NCBI GenBank assembly: GCA_964016885.1
Contig: OZ024745.1
Span: 103,540,001-103,604,000, forward strand
DNA: 64,000 nt
Direction of reading: 5' to 3'
Source: Eledone cirrhosa
Lineage: Eukaryota
Positions 13,297 to 26,731 of this stretch are shown here, piece by piece; position 1 is the first letter of the stretch, and each line of letters begins with the position of its first letter. The position numbers and the translations under genes were made by a program. Below the pieces are notes generated by a model. That model was not told the origin of the DNA and searched no databases. It saw only the letters and a list, made by a program, of their open reading frames with translations.

Positions 13297-14478
13297 CTCG
13301 GGGCTACTAGTTTATTGATGTGACATTTGTCAATCAAAATATTCATTTTACTGAAAAAAAAAGCAGCTGTAGCTATGTAAAATATTCAATATTCATGGCA
13401 GTCAACTGGTTAACCAGCGATTATACTGACTGTATTATTGTCCCTTCAGATAATAGATACTACAACCATTAGAATTAACAAACCCATTTTGAGATATTTT
13501 CTCTTGATATGCAAAATTCTGATGCTTCTTATAAACTATACTTCTTTATGCAAAATATTTTTTATTTAGGGAAGGTCTATTATGAGAGAATTATGTCAAA
13601 AACGTTATTACTATTATGCAGTGTGTGGGTGTATGTGTCTAAGCATTATTAACCCTTTCATCTGAAGACTGCCACCCTACTCTAATATTTTATCTACCTC
13701 GTGGTCCTGAATGACAGGATGGAGAAGACTTTGACCCAGTGAACAGCAAGGCTGACATGCTGGAACAGTCACTCTACCTCCAAGAGCTTGCACCTGCAGG
13801 CAGCCAACTCTATTTTGATGGCAGTATGCAAGGATGTAAGTACCAAGATAAGGACCTTAGTTCAAATAAATCAGTTTATAATAATGATAGCTCCTCATCT
13901 CAGAAATTCAAACCAGAATTAATACATTTTATGGTTGTAGAAACATGAAAGACAAAGGTAAAGTTTTCACTTGCCTGATTTGAACACAGATTAGATTAAA
14001 TACAGTAAGATATTTTAATTTGGCATGCCACTATCTCTGCCAAAGCTTTACATGTAATAATATTGCTTAACATATGTATAGTTTGAAGAAAGGAATATGG
14101 TAGTTCATGCATGAAGCTATATATTCCTTTACTGTCATTTCCTTATGTGTTTGTAAATGGATATGTATAATAATTATTCACAGAGGAAGCTTATCTATAT
14201 GTGTATATCTATATTTTGTCTTTTGAATATGTTTATGTCCAGAGGCATTTCTCTCTCTATCTCCCCTCTTTATCTTTATACAGATTCGTGTGTATATATA
14301 TAGGTACACACACACACACACCCTCACATATTTATATAGACAGAGCGTCCCAAAAATATATACACACTTTGATTACCTGGATGTATACATTTTTGGGGGA
14401 CATTCTTTATATACGCATACATAGAAATGTTAGCATGGAAAATAGACGTTAAACAATAATGATGATGATGATAATATA

Positions 14479-14544
<66 letters not shown>

Positions 14545-15259
14545 CGCAAGAATTTACCTTATATATATATATGTTTCATTTTACATCCACTTTTCCATGC
14601 TTCTGTAGATTTGATGAGTCTTTTCTAGTATAGCCCCACTCCATTTGTTGCAGTCAGTCATCCATTGTGAGATAAGCTTTTACCATTTTTGCCTCTGTCT
14701 TTCTAATAAACACGTTGCTTCCAATCGGATCATTTGGCACTTCTTTGCACCCAACTGACATTAGCAGAAGAAAGTCAAACACAGTTTTATACGTATTAAA
14801 ATACAATAAGACTAAAATGCTTTTACATATTATTTCATTCTTCTACTGATTTCAGTCATTAGATTGCAGCTATGATTTTCCATACTAGCATGGATTAGAT
14901 GAGTTGTCCTATTGTGGGCAATGCCTGGTCAGGTGACTATGCCTTGCTCATATAGATGCCCTTCCAAACACCAACCTCATTTACAGTGAGTACTGGGTGC
15001 TTTTTATTGTGGTGTCTACACCACCACTTTACAGTGTGGACTGGGTGCTTTTTGCCATGATACCTACACATGCTGCTGCCATAAAAAAAAGCATCCAGTC
15101 CACTCTGTCAAGTAGTAGTGCATATATCATGAGAAAACACCTAGTACATGCTGTAAAGTGATTATATTATGGGGACATCTAGCTGTAGAAACCAAGCCAA
15201 ATTGGAACGTATGATGGCAATCCCAAAAGTAAGGTCTCCAAAGCAATGGGGACGCAGAG

Positions 15260-15560
15260 AAACTATTCGTATGGCTGTTGGCAACACTGTTGTGATTGGT
15301 GCTTCCTTCACTCCCAAACAAGTATGCGCGCGCTTTGCTGGGATGTTCAATCTTGGGTTGGCAGCCGTTGAGAATGGAGCTCCCATTGAACGCTACCGCC
15401 AAGTGCGAAGTTCGCGCAGTTATTCGGTTTTTTGACACAAAAGGCGTTGAACCGATTGAAATTCATCGCCAATTGACGGAAGTGTATGGACAGTCGCATA
15501 TGGATGTCAAAAACGTTCGCAAGTGATGTAGAGAGTTTACAGCCGGTCGTACAAAGGAGC
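15260..15560 (+). mobile_element. Mariner transposase N-terminal fragment
   Basis: MELPLNATAKCEVRAVIRFFDTKGVEPIEIHRQLTEVYG...VRK*CREFTAGRT, a typical mariner HTH N-terminus. Confidence 0.85.
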
Positions 15561-15791
15561 GGGAGACCATCAATTTCTGAATTTGTTTAGCAAGATTCTT
15601 TATCTGAAAACGTGTGTTGAAACCGATATTGTTATGCTTTGGGAGGGTCATGTTGCCAATAAGAAACACACGCACCAGTTGCTTTCACTTCAATTTATTA
15701 TAAATTAAATTTATAAATTCAGGAATTTATAAATTTTCCGGTTGGTTGGTTTGGTTGGTTGGTTCCACAACCAGACAATTGTTCATATATT

Positions 15792-15834
15792 GTCAAAGTT
15801 CTTTCGTCACACATTCTGTGACCTCTTCAGTGAC
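15792..15834 (-). ncRNA. Minimal type I hammerhead ribozyme in left pLTR (intact core)
   Basis: GUCA-CUGAAGA-G-GUCAC-agaaugu-GUGAC-GAAA-gaac-UU-UGAC. Confidence 0.8.
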
Positions 15835-15899
15835 TGGGGATTCTTCAGTGACTGGGGATTCTTCCAACAGACAAGTCTGGCAGAATGTTGGTTGACAGT

Positions 15900-17968
15900 C
15901 TGTCAAACTACATCCAGGCAATGCAACCCCACATCACTAACACAAGAGAAGTAACACCACAAGAGCATGAGGATAAGGAAAAAACCCTCAATGCCCATAT
16001 GATGATGTGGACAAACATAATGCAGCCCAACAAATGAACTGCCAACAACTTCCAGGCCTGGAACAATGACGTGCCAGCATTGTATGGGCTTCGAAAAGAC
16101 CATAAAATGAGCAGTGACCCTGTCACAGGACCACCAACACGGCCAGTCTGTGGAGCTAACATTGCTAGTAACTACAGACTTTCCTACTTCCTCTCCCTGA
16201 TCATACGCCCCATCATTGAAATGTCCCCAGATATATGTGACAGCACGGAGGACATCCTCAGCAGAATCAGCGAAAGTAATCAATCTAGGGACCTAACAAA
16301 CTGCATAATAGGCAGTATCCCTATATCCATCTATTGACGTGGATTTTGCTGTGGAGAAATGCGTAGAAATGATCAGTGAGAGCAATGTTGAATTCCGTGG
16401 GATTGATACCAGTGAGCTGGGACTCCTACTTAAACTTACCTATAGTAATGATTATCTAGATACATATGACCTTAGCAACCTGTGCTCTACAAGACCAGCA
16501 AGAGGCAGACCACCTACCATTACCTCAATGGCCAAGAAAACCCACACAGATAGATGGAACAGGTGAACCAGAGCCATACGGACCCCCCAAAACAAACGAT
16601 GAACTAAAGAAAATGATTGCACATGCGGTGGGGGCCAGTATAAAATTAACCCTTAAGGAACATATGTTCAAATTTAAAGGAAAAACATATGCCTAAGAGG
16701 AGGGAGCAGCCATTGGTGTTTGCATTGCAGGTGACATAGCTAACCTATTCATGGTATGGTGGGACAATAGACTTAAACTTAAACTTAAAGAACAATTAGA
16801 AGACAGCAACCTCATAACCCTGATAATGTACTCCCGTTACGTTGATGATATAAACATCGTAGTAAAAACACCCCCACTAGAGAACAGTCAGGAATAAGAG
16901 AAAAACACCATGGAAAACATCCAGCAAATAGCTAACTCCATCCACCAGAGTATTAGAGTTACTATAGACTACCCAAGCAAACACCCCAACCATCGATTAC
17001 CTGTACTAGACACAGAGCTCTGGTTAGATACCATTAATAATAAAAAACAAATCCTCCATTCTCATTATGCCGTACCCATGACTTCCAAATATCTGATCCA
17101 CCGAAACTCAGCTGTTTCGGACCACACCAAAATCAACATACTGATTGCGGATTTGGTACGGATGATGAGAAACGTGTCCCGCATGTGCAACCCCAAAGAA
17201 CTAGAGAGACACATACAACACTTCATCCACCGTATGCAGTTCTCTGGTTACAATCAGAGAGATAAAATCAGAGTATATAGCGGAGCCAGAACCAAATGGG
17301 GAAAAATGGTAAATAATTATACAAATGGGACCTGCCCCTTGTATAGGAGCAAATTTTGGAATAGAATAGAAAGAACTAGGAATAAGGTTAATAGAATAAA
17401 CTCATGGTATGATAGCAATAAATACCAGAGTGTAATGTTCATCAATACAACCCCTAGAGGTGAATTAGCTTAAATATTTAGAAGGGCCCTAGATAAACAT
17501 AAACTCAATATTAAGATAGTAGAAAGACCAGGTACCTCCATAAAAACACTTATTAGCAATACATACCCTTTTCAAAGACCTCCCTGTATAGGTAAGAAAT
17601 GTATAATCTGTAAACTAAGCCCCCATATTAACTGTAAAACTAGAAATGTAGTATATAGCATAAGATGTACTGAAGGACAATGTAGAGATAAGAATATAGT
17701 GTACATAGGTGATACAGCTTGTAGTATAGGAGAACAGATAAATGAACACTGGCGAGACCTTCAAGATAGTAAAGAATCATCTGTACTCCACCAACATGCT
17801 AAAATAGAACATAAGAGTAAATTAGAGAACATAGAAATAAAAATATAATCTACACACAGAAAAGATGCAATGTTTAGACAACTCACAGAGGCACTAAACA
17901 TAAATGAACTCCAACCAAAATTAAATAGAAAACCTGAATGGAATAGCAACATCACAACTTACAATTAA
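15900..17968 (+). pseudogene. PLE reverse transcriptase / GIY-YIG endonuclease ORF (disrupted)
   Basis: PALYGLRKDHK...RPVC, GAAIGVCIAGDIANLFM, RYVDDI (about 16835-16852), LPVLD, CxxxxCxxC linker, NVVYSIRC...VYIGDT, RQLTEALNI...LN, stop at 17966-17968. Confidence 0.92.
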
Positions 17969-18167
17969 GGACAAAATGAAAACATACACACACATAGAAC
18001 AAACAACCAACCAGTGACATGTAAATAAACAAATAAATAAACAAATATAAACACACACAGACACCCGGATGTAACACATGTGCAAACTAACTACACAACA
18101 CACACAAAAACAAGATGGCGTAGGACAGAGCAAAGGAGAGGCACAAAAACAAAGAAAAGAATCCCCA

Positions 18168-18210
18168 GTCAGTGAAGAGGTCACAGAATGTGTGACGAAA
18201 GAACTTTGAC
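18168..18210 (+). ncRNA. Hammerhead ribozyme in right pLTR (C3>G mutated)
   Basis: Mirror of 15792-15834, but the core reads GUGAAGA. Confidence 0.7.
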
Positions 18211-18659
18211 AATATATGAACAATCGTCTGGTTGTGGAACCAACCAACCAACCGAAAATTTATAAATTCCTAAATTTATAAATTTAATTTATAATAAATT
18301 GAAGTGAAAGCAACTGGTGCGTGTGTTTCTTATTGGCAACATGACTCTCCCAAAGCATAACAATATATATATATATATATAAATATAAATTTAACGAGAA
18401 TCGCATTCGGAGGGTAGAAATTAGCGAAACGCAACTTCCGTATTGTGTAGACAAGCGCTCTATGGATATGAAGATACCAGAGCTATAAACATAAGTTAAA
18501 AAGGCCATACAAACTGAGACGATGGTTAAGAAGCCATTAACCACCTGAGCCAAAAAAGCAAACAAGCTAAACGGGTCAAACAAAATAAGATATGATTGAA
18601 ATAGTTACCCGGACCCTCGGTGAAGATGGAATATATATATATATATATATAATATATAG

Positions 18660-19735
18660 GTAGGAACTCCATTCTCTGCCCCAAATGCAAACAATGGGTA
18701 CACAAGAGATGTAGCGGGATCTCAGGAAGCTTAACTAAGAATGTAGGCTTCACATGTAATAGCTGTGCTGGGACAGCAAGCAGCAAACAGCTACAGGAAA
18801 CAAGTACCACCAAACTCTGGGAGGGCTCTGTAGAAACAGTAGACAGCTTCTGCTACCTAGGTGACTGAATTAGCAGCGGAGGTGGGTGTTTGGAAAGTAC
18901 AATAACTAGGGTAAGAACGGGATGGAAGAAGTTTAGGGAACTACTACCACTGCTAGCTGCAAAAGGCTTCTCCCTCAAAATGAAAGGCAGACTGTATGAT
19001 GTGTGTATACGAACAGCAATGTTACAGGGTAGTGGGACCTCGACGCTGTCTGTGGTAGACTTACGTAGATTTGAAAGAAACGAAGCCTGCATGCTCCGAT
19101 GGATGTGTAATAGTAATATACGCGAACGACAAAGCATAAATGAATTGAGAGAGAGACTGAGCATAAGAGGAATCAAATGCTGTGTGCAGGAGAGGCGGTG
19201 GCATTGGTATGGACATGTGATGTGTATGAAGGATGACAGCTGCATAAAAAGGTGCAGAGCACTAGAAGTCGATGGAAACCGCGGAGTGGGGAGACCCAAG
19301 AAGACCTGGGATGAAGTGATAAAAGCCTACCTTACCCAATTACACCTCTCAAAGGCGATGACACATGACCGTGACCTCTGGTATCACGCAGTAATACAGA
19401 AGACCCGAACCCCCACGGGTACAAGCCGAAGCTGAAGCATATAGACAATATGCCCCCACATCCTCCCACTGCAAACTGGTCATGGAGCACGGCAACAAAG
19501 CCCCCAACCCACACTGTAAAGTGGACATGTAGGTGCCATGGAAAAAAAGCACCCAGCACTCACTGTAAATGAGGTTGGTGTTAGGAAGGGCATCCAGCTG
19601 TAGAAATCAAGCCAGAATCAGTTCCCGTATGAGCAAGACAAGGTCAGCCAACCGGGCACTGCTCACAACAGGACAACCCGTCTAACCCATGCTAGCATGG
19701 AAGAATGGACGTAAAACGGTGATGATGATGATGAT
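18660..19735 (+). mobile_element. RTE-clade LINE 3' fragment
   Basis: CPKCKQWVHKRCSG...RVRTGWKKFRELLPLL...LRWMC...RWHWYGHV...GRPKKTW, then 3' UTR ending ggacgtaaaacggtgatgatg. Confidence 0.92.
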
Positions 19736-19749
19736 ATATATATATATTA

Positions 19750-20040
19750 TATAAGGAAAAAAGATGAAATTGAAAATGCAACTGGAGTCTTTTTTTTTTT
19801 AGATATATTTGGTTCCTTTACTGGTTTCACAGTTCTTGTGCTTTTCAAAAGTAGAATTGAGATGGAGGGTTTGTGGTTTTTCTCACATCTGATGTGAGAT
19901 GTGAGAAAAACCACAAACCCTCCATCTCAATTCTACTTTTGAAAAGCACAAGAACTGCGAAACCAGTAAAGGAACCAAATAAATATATTTAAAAAAAAAA
20001 GACTCCAGTTGCATTTTCAATTTCATCTTTTTTCCTTATA
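19750..20040. repeat. About 290-bp fold-back (inverted pLTR pair) with a U3:A8-variant hammerhead in each arm (19813-19856 minus; 19931-19974 plus)
   Basis: Arms are near-perfect reverse complements around about 19890. Plus arm reads UUC-ua-CUU-UUGAAAA-GCA-caagaac-UGC-GAAA-ccag-UA-AAGGAA. Confidence 0.8.
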
Positions 20041-20546
20041 CTTTCACTCGTGTAGGGCACCTCGTTTTTTTTTCATTTTGTAAAAAAACCTCACTTTCTA
20101 ATATATATATATTTATATATATATATATTTGCTCTATGGGTTTATATATACTTATATATATACAATCCTTATTGAGCCCTCTTCGGATTTTTGTCTTTGT
20201 ATTCATTATATATATATATATATATATATATATACTATAAAATATGTCCATAGAATCATTTGATAATATATGTACACCATTTCCTCTTCCAATTAGCATA
20301 ATCAACCACACAAAAAAACAATTAAACCAGGCTATAAGATTAAAAGGCACCTATGAAGAAATAGTAGATAAATAAACGACAGCAATTTATTTGTGATCAA
20401 CCGCCATAGAATATTTACCCAACATTTCAATAGCACGTGGAAATCGATTAAATATACCGTCAACCATACACAATTAGGTATAAAATTAAAGTTAGAAGAA
20501 AAAATGCATATACACATACCAGGATTACGTTTCTACCCTTAGGGTT

Positions 20547-20611
20547 TTGTTCGCTTTCGGAAATATTCTATCAAGGATAAATTCTCGAGCTTCGAACTCA
20601 TCAGGAAACAA
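20547..20611 (-). ncRNA. Hammerhead-like motif with stem III apparently deleted
   Basis: UUUGUUUC-CUGAUGA-G...C-GAAA-GC-GAACAAA. Stem I pairs with one bulge, but there is no NUH triplet. Confidence 0.35.
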
Positions 20612-20675
20612 ACTCACTTGGACAAAGAATTTTCTTATATATATAGAAATGGTTACACAACAGTTAGTTCACCAT

Positions 20676-20717
20676 ACCGAAAACAATTGTTTCACCTTAG
20701 CGGATCCTCAGCTCGGT
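20676..20717 (-). ncRNA. Complete minimal type I hammerhead ribozyme
   Basis: ACCGAG-CUGAGGA-U-CC-gcuaa-GG-U-GAAA-CAAUUG-UU-UUCGGU, with palindromic stem III. Lies in the loop of an inverted repeat at about 20645-20745. Confidence 0.78.
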
Positions 20718-20830
20718 GAACTAACTGTTGTGTAACCACTTCTACCTAACTCGTCCCATGGACTGAGTGCTCTACCACTACGGATATTACCTTCCAGTGT
20801 TCCACTACTATATATATATATATATATATA

Positions 20831-21343
20831 TGCAAAAGTTCTATTTAAATTGTTGGGATACAACAAGCAAATATTTTTATAACTGATATAAAGCACTCAA
20901 CAAGTATTTGGAGTAAACATACGATATTAACAAATGGAAACTATATTTATAAAACCATATTTATTTCATTATACATATTTCAAGGACACCAAGTTAAATT
21001 ATGGTGTGCTTTCATCAGACAAAATATAATATAGATCACTTTTATAAATAAATATTGACATACCCTTAAAAAATGCAACCATAACTGTTGGAAGCTCCCG
21101 GCTTATTTTAAAAATAAAAATATCCAATACTAATAATAATATAATTAAACAACTCCACTATCCGGGAGCTTCCAATAGTAATGGTTGCATTTTTTAAGGG
21201 TATGTCAATATTTATTTATAAAACTGATCTATATTATATTTTGTCTGATGAAAGCACACCATAATTTAACTTGGTCTTCTTGAAATATGTATAATGAAAT
21301 AAATATGGTTTTATAAATATAGTTTCCATTTGTTAATATTGTA
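20831..21343. mobile_element. Family-A PLE-type fold-back module with hammerheads at 20962-21026 (minus) and 21237-21301 (plus)
   Basis: Inverted arms between (TA)n tracts. UAUUUUGU-CUGAUGA-AAG-c-ACACCA...UGGUGU-c-CUU-GAAA-UAUGUA-UA-AUGAAAUA. Confidence 0.85.
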
Positions 21344-21347
21344 TATA

Positions 21348-21412
<65 letters not shown>

Positions 21413-22385
21413 ATGTATATATATATATGTATGTATATGGAAGACTGGCAACATGCTGTGCTGGTGAAAACCTATCTATTAACCTAAAAGATGGCATGAC
21501 TTATCCAAGTATCATCCATGCCCACCACCACTATCAATGTTTACACACTATCCTTGCTATTACTGCACCTCCCATTCCCACCACACACCCACATCTACAT
21601 CAGCATCACTCTACACTTCCACGCTACTTTATCTAGGATCTTCCATTCCTCATAAATCCTAACACCCACACTCTACCCAAGGTCACCATCAACTCATCCT
21701 TCCACTCTACTCTAGATACCCACCTACTAATGACCCCCCACCACCACCCGCCCTTGTGACACACCAGTCATAGGTCCCTAGCAACTGTTATCACAGCAGT
21801 ACCTCCCACACTGCCAGATACCCGCCCTCTGACCCACCACCCATTACCCTGTCAAATCCCTCCACACTTGGCGACACCCCACCCCCTTGCGTAGGATAGT
21901 GAGGACCCTTCAACTGAGTCAATTATCTCATCCTCTCTAGTGATAGTGACAGTACCACAATAAATGCACCCTGTTCACCCTGTAAGGTGGATAGCAATAG
22001 AAAGTCATCCTGCTGAAGAAACCATGACAAAAGTGTTGAGGTCTCTTAGTTGTGTCAAGGGCATGGAAAACTCTTTAGTGTTAGTGAACTATATGATAAA
22101 TCTACGCAGTACACTCTGTAAAATGGTTGGTGATAGGAAGGGCATCCAGCCATAAAAACCTGCCAGACAACGGGTCTGGAAGATTCTTCAGCTATACTTA
22201 AGACATGACAACTTTCCAAACATTAGTGCCATAATTAAATGCACTTCGTAAAGTGCAGGATCCTTTATGAGCCCTACCCCACCCTAGTCCAACTGATGAT
22301 CAAAGGCTGAATACTGGCTGGCCTGTTGACATCATGTCCAACTCTTGTTAGCAGGGAAAAACAGATGCTAAACATGATATATACA

Positions 22386-22416
<31 letters not shown>

Positions 22417-22619
22417 GTGCGAAGACTAAAATCCAAAGAGGGCTCGATAAGGATAAATATATATCAAATATATAAGAACCCTAGAGCAAATTATTATTTT
22501 AATAAATATATATATATATATATTTATAAAATTAGAAATTTATTTCTCGCCCTGGCACAGCTGTTCGATATAACCCATACGTACATATGTATATGTATAT
22601 ATGTGTGTGTGTGTGTGTA

Positions 22620-23610
22620 TCATCATCATCATCATCATCAACGTTTAACGTCCGTGTTCCACGCTTGCATGGGTTTGGACGGGGGTAGTCCCACTTGAGG
22701 CAAGAGTGATTTTCTTGCTCGCATAGGACTGTCTGGCAGGTTTTCTACAGTTGGATGCCCTTCCTAACACCAACCACATTTACAGTGTGGGTCTGGGAGG
22801 TTTTTACCGTGTTGCCTACACGGCCACATTACAGCGTGGACTGTGTGTTTTTTTGTCGTGACACCTACACGATCTCATTTGTTTCGGCCTGGATGGCGCG
22901 GCACCAACATAACTTTACATAGAACGGGGTGGTGTGGATGGGGTGGGGTGGTGGTGGTGGGACGGGGTGTATTTTGTTAGAGATGCCTACTGGCAAGGCG
23001 GGTCTTCTCTATTACTGAGTACCGCCAAAGGTCTCGGTCCAGTGACATTGTCTTGGTGAGGTGTAAGTGTGTGAGGTCGGAGTTTATCAGCTCGTCCCAG
23101 GTTTTTCTGGGTCTGCCTATTCCGTGGCTACCGTCTATCTTTATTGCCCTGCACTTTGTTATACAGCTATCATCCTTCATGCGCATCACGTGACCATACC
23201 AACATAGCCTTCTCTCTAGTAAACAACATCTGATCCCTCTTATTTCTAATTTTTTCCTTAGTTCGTTTATGCTTTGTCGTTCACGTATATTACTATTACA
23301 CATCCAGCGGAGCATGCAAGCTTCGTTCCTCTCTAGTCTGCGTATATCCTCTGCACACAATGCCCAGGTCTCACTGCCATGCAACATTGCTGTTCGTATG
23401 CAGGCATCGTACAGCCTGCCTTTCATTTTTAGGGAGAACCCTTTAGCGGCTAATAGTGGTATAAGCTCTCTGAACTTTTTCCATCCAGTTCTGACTCTAG
23501 CTACTGTACTTCCAGAGCACCCTCCCCCACTGCTGATTTTGTCACCCAGATAACGTAAGCTGTCCACTATTTCTATAGAACCCTCTGCGCAGTTGTAAGA
23601 GCTAGTATTT
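22620..23610 (-). mobile_element. RTE-clade LINE 3' fragment
   Basis: ORF 22977-23675 (YLGDKI...GWKKFRELIPLL...HGSETW...WYGHVMR...GRPRKTW), 3' UTR and (CAT)n tail. Confidence 0.92.
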
Positions 23611-23639
<29 letters not shown>

Positions 23640-23641
<2 letters not shown>

Positions 23642-23850
23642 CGAAGGAAATATGGTAAGGAACCAGGTGGACCATAACGCACCAAAGTACTCAATACTTA
23701 GGGTAGTAGAGTGGGTAATAGGAACAAGTAGGACCCCGACGGCTGAGCTCAAGCCGTTTCGACGGCTAATTCTGGACTAAATTCTGGACTATTTAGTCCA
23801 GAATTAGCCGTCGAAACGGCTTGAGCTCAGCCGTCGGGGTCCTACTCGTT

Positions 23851-23855
<5 letters not shown>
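23640..23855. mobile_element. Family-B PLE-type fold-back module retaining the 3' half of a hammerhead
   Basis: GAAA-CGGCU-UGAGCUC-AGCCG-UC-GGGGUCC in both arms, flanked by (TA)n. Relatives at 23985-24100, 25208-25242, 26732-26941 and 34115-34262. Confidence 0.7.
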
Positions 23856-23899
<44 letters not shown>

Positions 23900-24374
23900 A
23901 CGTATGCATACTTTCATATATATATATCAACATTTAATATCCCTTTCCCGGCCAGAAAGTGTTTTATATATATATATATATCAGATTGAAAGTGGTATAA
24001 ACCATTACTCACTGAAGTACTTGATACTTGAGGTAGTAGTGTGGATAATATGAAAACATTCAGAAACCTGATGGCTGAGCTCCAGCCGTTTCAACAGCTG
24101 TAATAAAAGTTTGGTAGAAATATCCACTGGTAAGAGCACTTAGTCCATAGGACAAGTTTTGTATAAATAATTACAATTGTGACATAAACAGGTACTCAAG
24201 TTTCATTGGGTTTTGGACCCAAGGCTTTATCTCGCAGTAATCTCGAATTGACGAGATTTTGATGACGTTAATGTTTATTTTATAAATAAAACATGGTTTG
24301 GAGTATATATTGCAATGGTGAAGTAATGGAAAGCTAACAGATTATTAGTTTCAATTATCATAAAAATAGTAGTT

Positions 24375-24494
24375 TGACGGCCCAAATTTCAGTGCGACCT
24401 ATCTGCGAGTCAATGGCAAATAGCCTATTTGTTAAATGAAAAGTGGGTATGCGACCTATCTGCCGGGGCGACCTATATGCGAGTATATACGGTA
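24375..24494. mobile_element. Tc1/pogo-like DNA transposon terminal fragment
   Basis: Three gcgacctat subterminal repeats ending in gcgagtatatacggta. Confidence 0.5.
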
Positions 24495-26019
24495 TGTATT
24501 TATTTTTCATTTTGCAGTTTGATTTGATTTTCATTTTTATTGAGAGCTCTCTCTGATCACGTTGCATGAAAGAACAATTCTTCAGTCTAACATAAAAATG
24601 TATTCCTATAATTCAGATGTGAGTGTGATAAGAGAGAGTGAGAGAGAAGAGATATACAAAATGTTGTATCCGTGTGATTGCAATCACTTCCAAAAAGTTC
24701 AAAGATGAACACATATATATTCAAATATATGTGTAGCCATATAGACTTCAATTTTTATTGCATAGTAAACATAGACATAACTATGCCTCACAGCACTATA
24801 TATGATCTGTTGTCTCTGACTAAATTATGTATGCACTCATCATAGTTTTGTTCAACAAGCTTAAAGAAACTACCTTAGAAATCTATAAGCCATAGTAAGA
24901 ACAATTGCTTTATATTGCACATGATTGCATCCAATTAAAATCCATTTCACTCTGAAGTTATTTTATAATGCATCTCAAAATTGATGTCTGTTATGTCTAT
25001 TTATTCAGTTTTAAGCAACTGTATGTGAGTGTGTATGTAAACAGACTCACACACACACATATATATACATATATAATCTCAGAATTAGTCTTGTGAGTTC
25101 TTGATATATATATATATAAAATCTCAATGTTTGTCTTGTGAGTTCTTGTTACATATATATTTAAATATATGTGTGTACATGGATATATATATATATATAT
25201 ATATATATAGGAACAAGTAAGACCCCGACGGCTGAGCTCAACGTATATATATAATTGTTTCTACTTGTGGCACAAGGCCAGCAATTACCCCAGTGCATTA
25301 CTGGTACTTTATTTCATCGGCCCCGTAAGGATGAAAGGCAAAGTTAACCTCGGTATCTATAACGGCTCTGTTTCGTACATTGAGTTAATACGATACTGTC
25401 ACAAATATGACACTGTGCAGATGTGCTTATGTACATATGATCCGGTGATATATTTATATATATATATAGTTATGTAATAAACAACATAAGGTAATTATTT
25501 CATTTACAAGTGTTTGCTTTCAAGAAACCACTGGTAAATGAAATAATTACCTTATATTGTTTATTACATAACTATTAAGCTCTGTAACCTACATAGAGCA
25601 CTCTTTTTTTCTGGACCTCTCCGACGGAATTACTTCATTTATATATATATATATATAGAAAGATGTCTGGAAAGAATAGGATAAGAAATAATAAGAAAAA
25701 AAATGACACCTAGTTTGTTGAAGAGCAGAGTTGGTTTGACTGACTATATCTTGTGGAATGATAAGATTGACCATGAAGACAAGCTGGCTCCCTAAAAGCT
25801 GTTGACTGTTTTATTACCTATATGACTTAATTGGCAGTAGGGGTGGAAGGATGCTCTGAAAGTGTGATAGCTAGAATAAGAACAGGCTAGAAGAAGTTTA
25901 GGAAGCTAGTAATTCTGTTGACAGCAAAGGGCTTCTCCACAAGAAAACAACTTCAATTATCTTATCTATTTATTTCTCAGCTAGTAAAATGCCTACTCCA
26001 CCCACCTCATCATCAATGC

Positions 26020-26190
26020 CTACCAAGAAGAGTTGATATCTAAAGCATTTGTATGAGGGAAGTCAGGCTGAGGGTCCTCTCCAATCCACTTTTCAACATA
26101 GCACTCATCTACTTGTCTCTGGTTAAGCATCTCCACAATTTTTGCTGATCTACCTTTCAGTGTGTTAACATTAAGTATGGCAGACCTTGT
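26020..26190 (-). mobile_element. RTE APE-domain N-terminal remnant
   Basis: LNVNTLKGRSAKIVEMLNQRQVDEC. Confidence 0.65.
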
Positions 26191-26351
26191 ATGTATATAT
26201 ATGTGTATGTTTGTCTCCATAAATTCGCTTTATAGTTAACAATGCCAATGTAGGCAGTAACATTTGTTTAAGTCCTACAATAACACCTTTCATTCATAGT
26301 GGGGTGTGGAATGTTTTTATGTATATATGTTTGTGTCTGCATGTACTTGTG

Positions 26352-26422
<71 letters not shown>

Positions 26423-26490
26423 ATTTATATATATATATATTTATATATATATATATATATATATTTATTTATATATATATATTTATTTAC

Positions 26491-26522
<32 letters not shown>

Positions 26523-26628
26523 ATATATATATTTATTTATATATATATATATATATATTTATTTATATATATATATATATATTTATTTATATATATATAT
26601 ATATATTTATTTATATATATATATATAT

Positions 26629-26726
<98 letters not shown>

Positions 26727-26731
26727 TTATT
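26352..26731. repeat. (TA)n/(TTTA) compound microsatellite
   Basis: Directly visible. Similar tracts at 26941-27050 and 28631-28963. Confidence 0.95.

Larger units (their letters stand above)
15626..18366 (+). mobile_element. Penelope-like retroelement (GIY-YIG type), pseudogenised, with about 210-bp inverted pseudo-LTRs
   Basis: Inverted repeats 15626-15846 and 18158-18366 flank a frameshifted RT plus endonuclease ORF. Right end abuts (TA)n. Confidence 0.93.
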
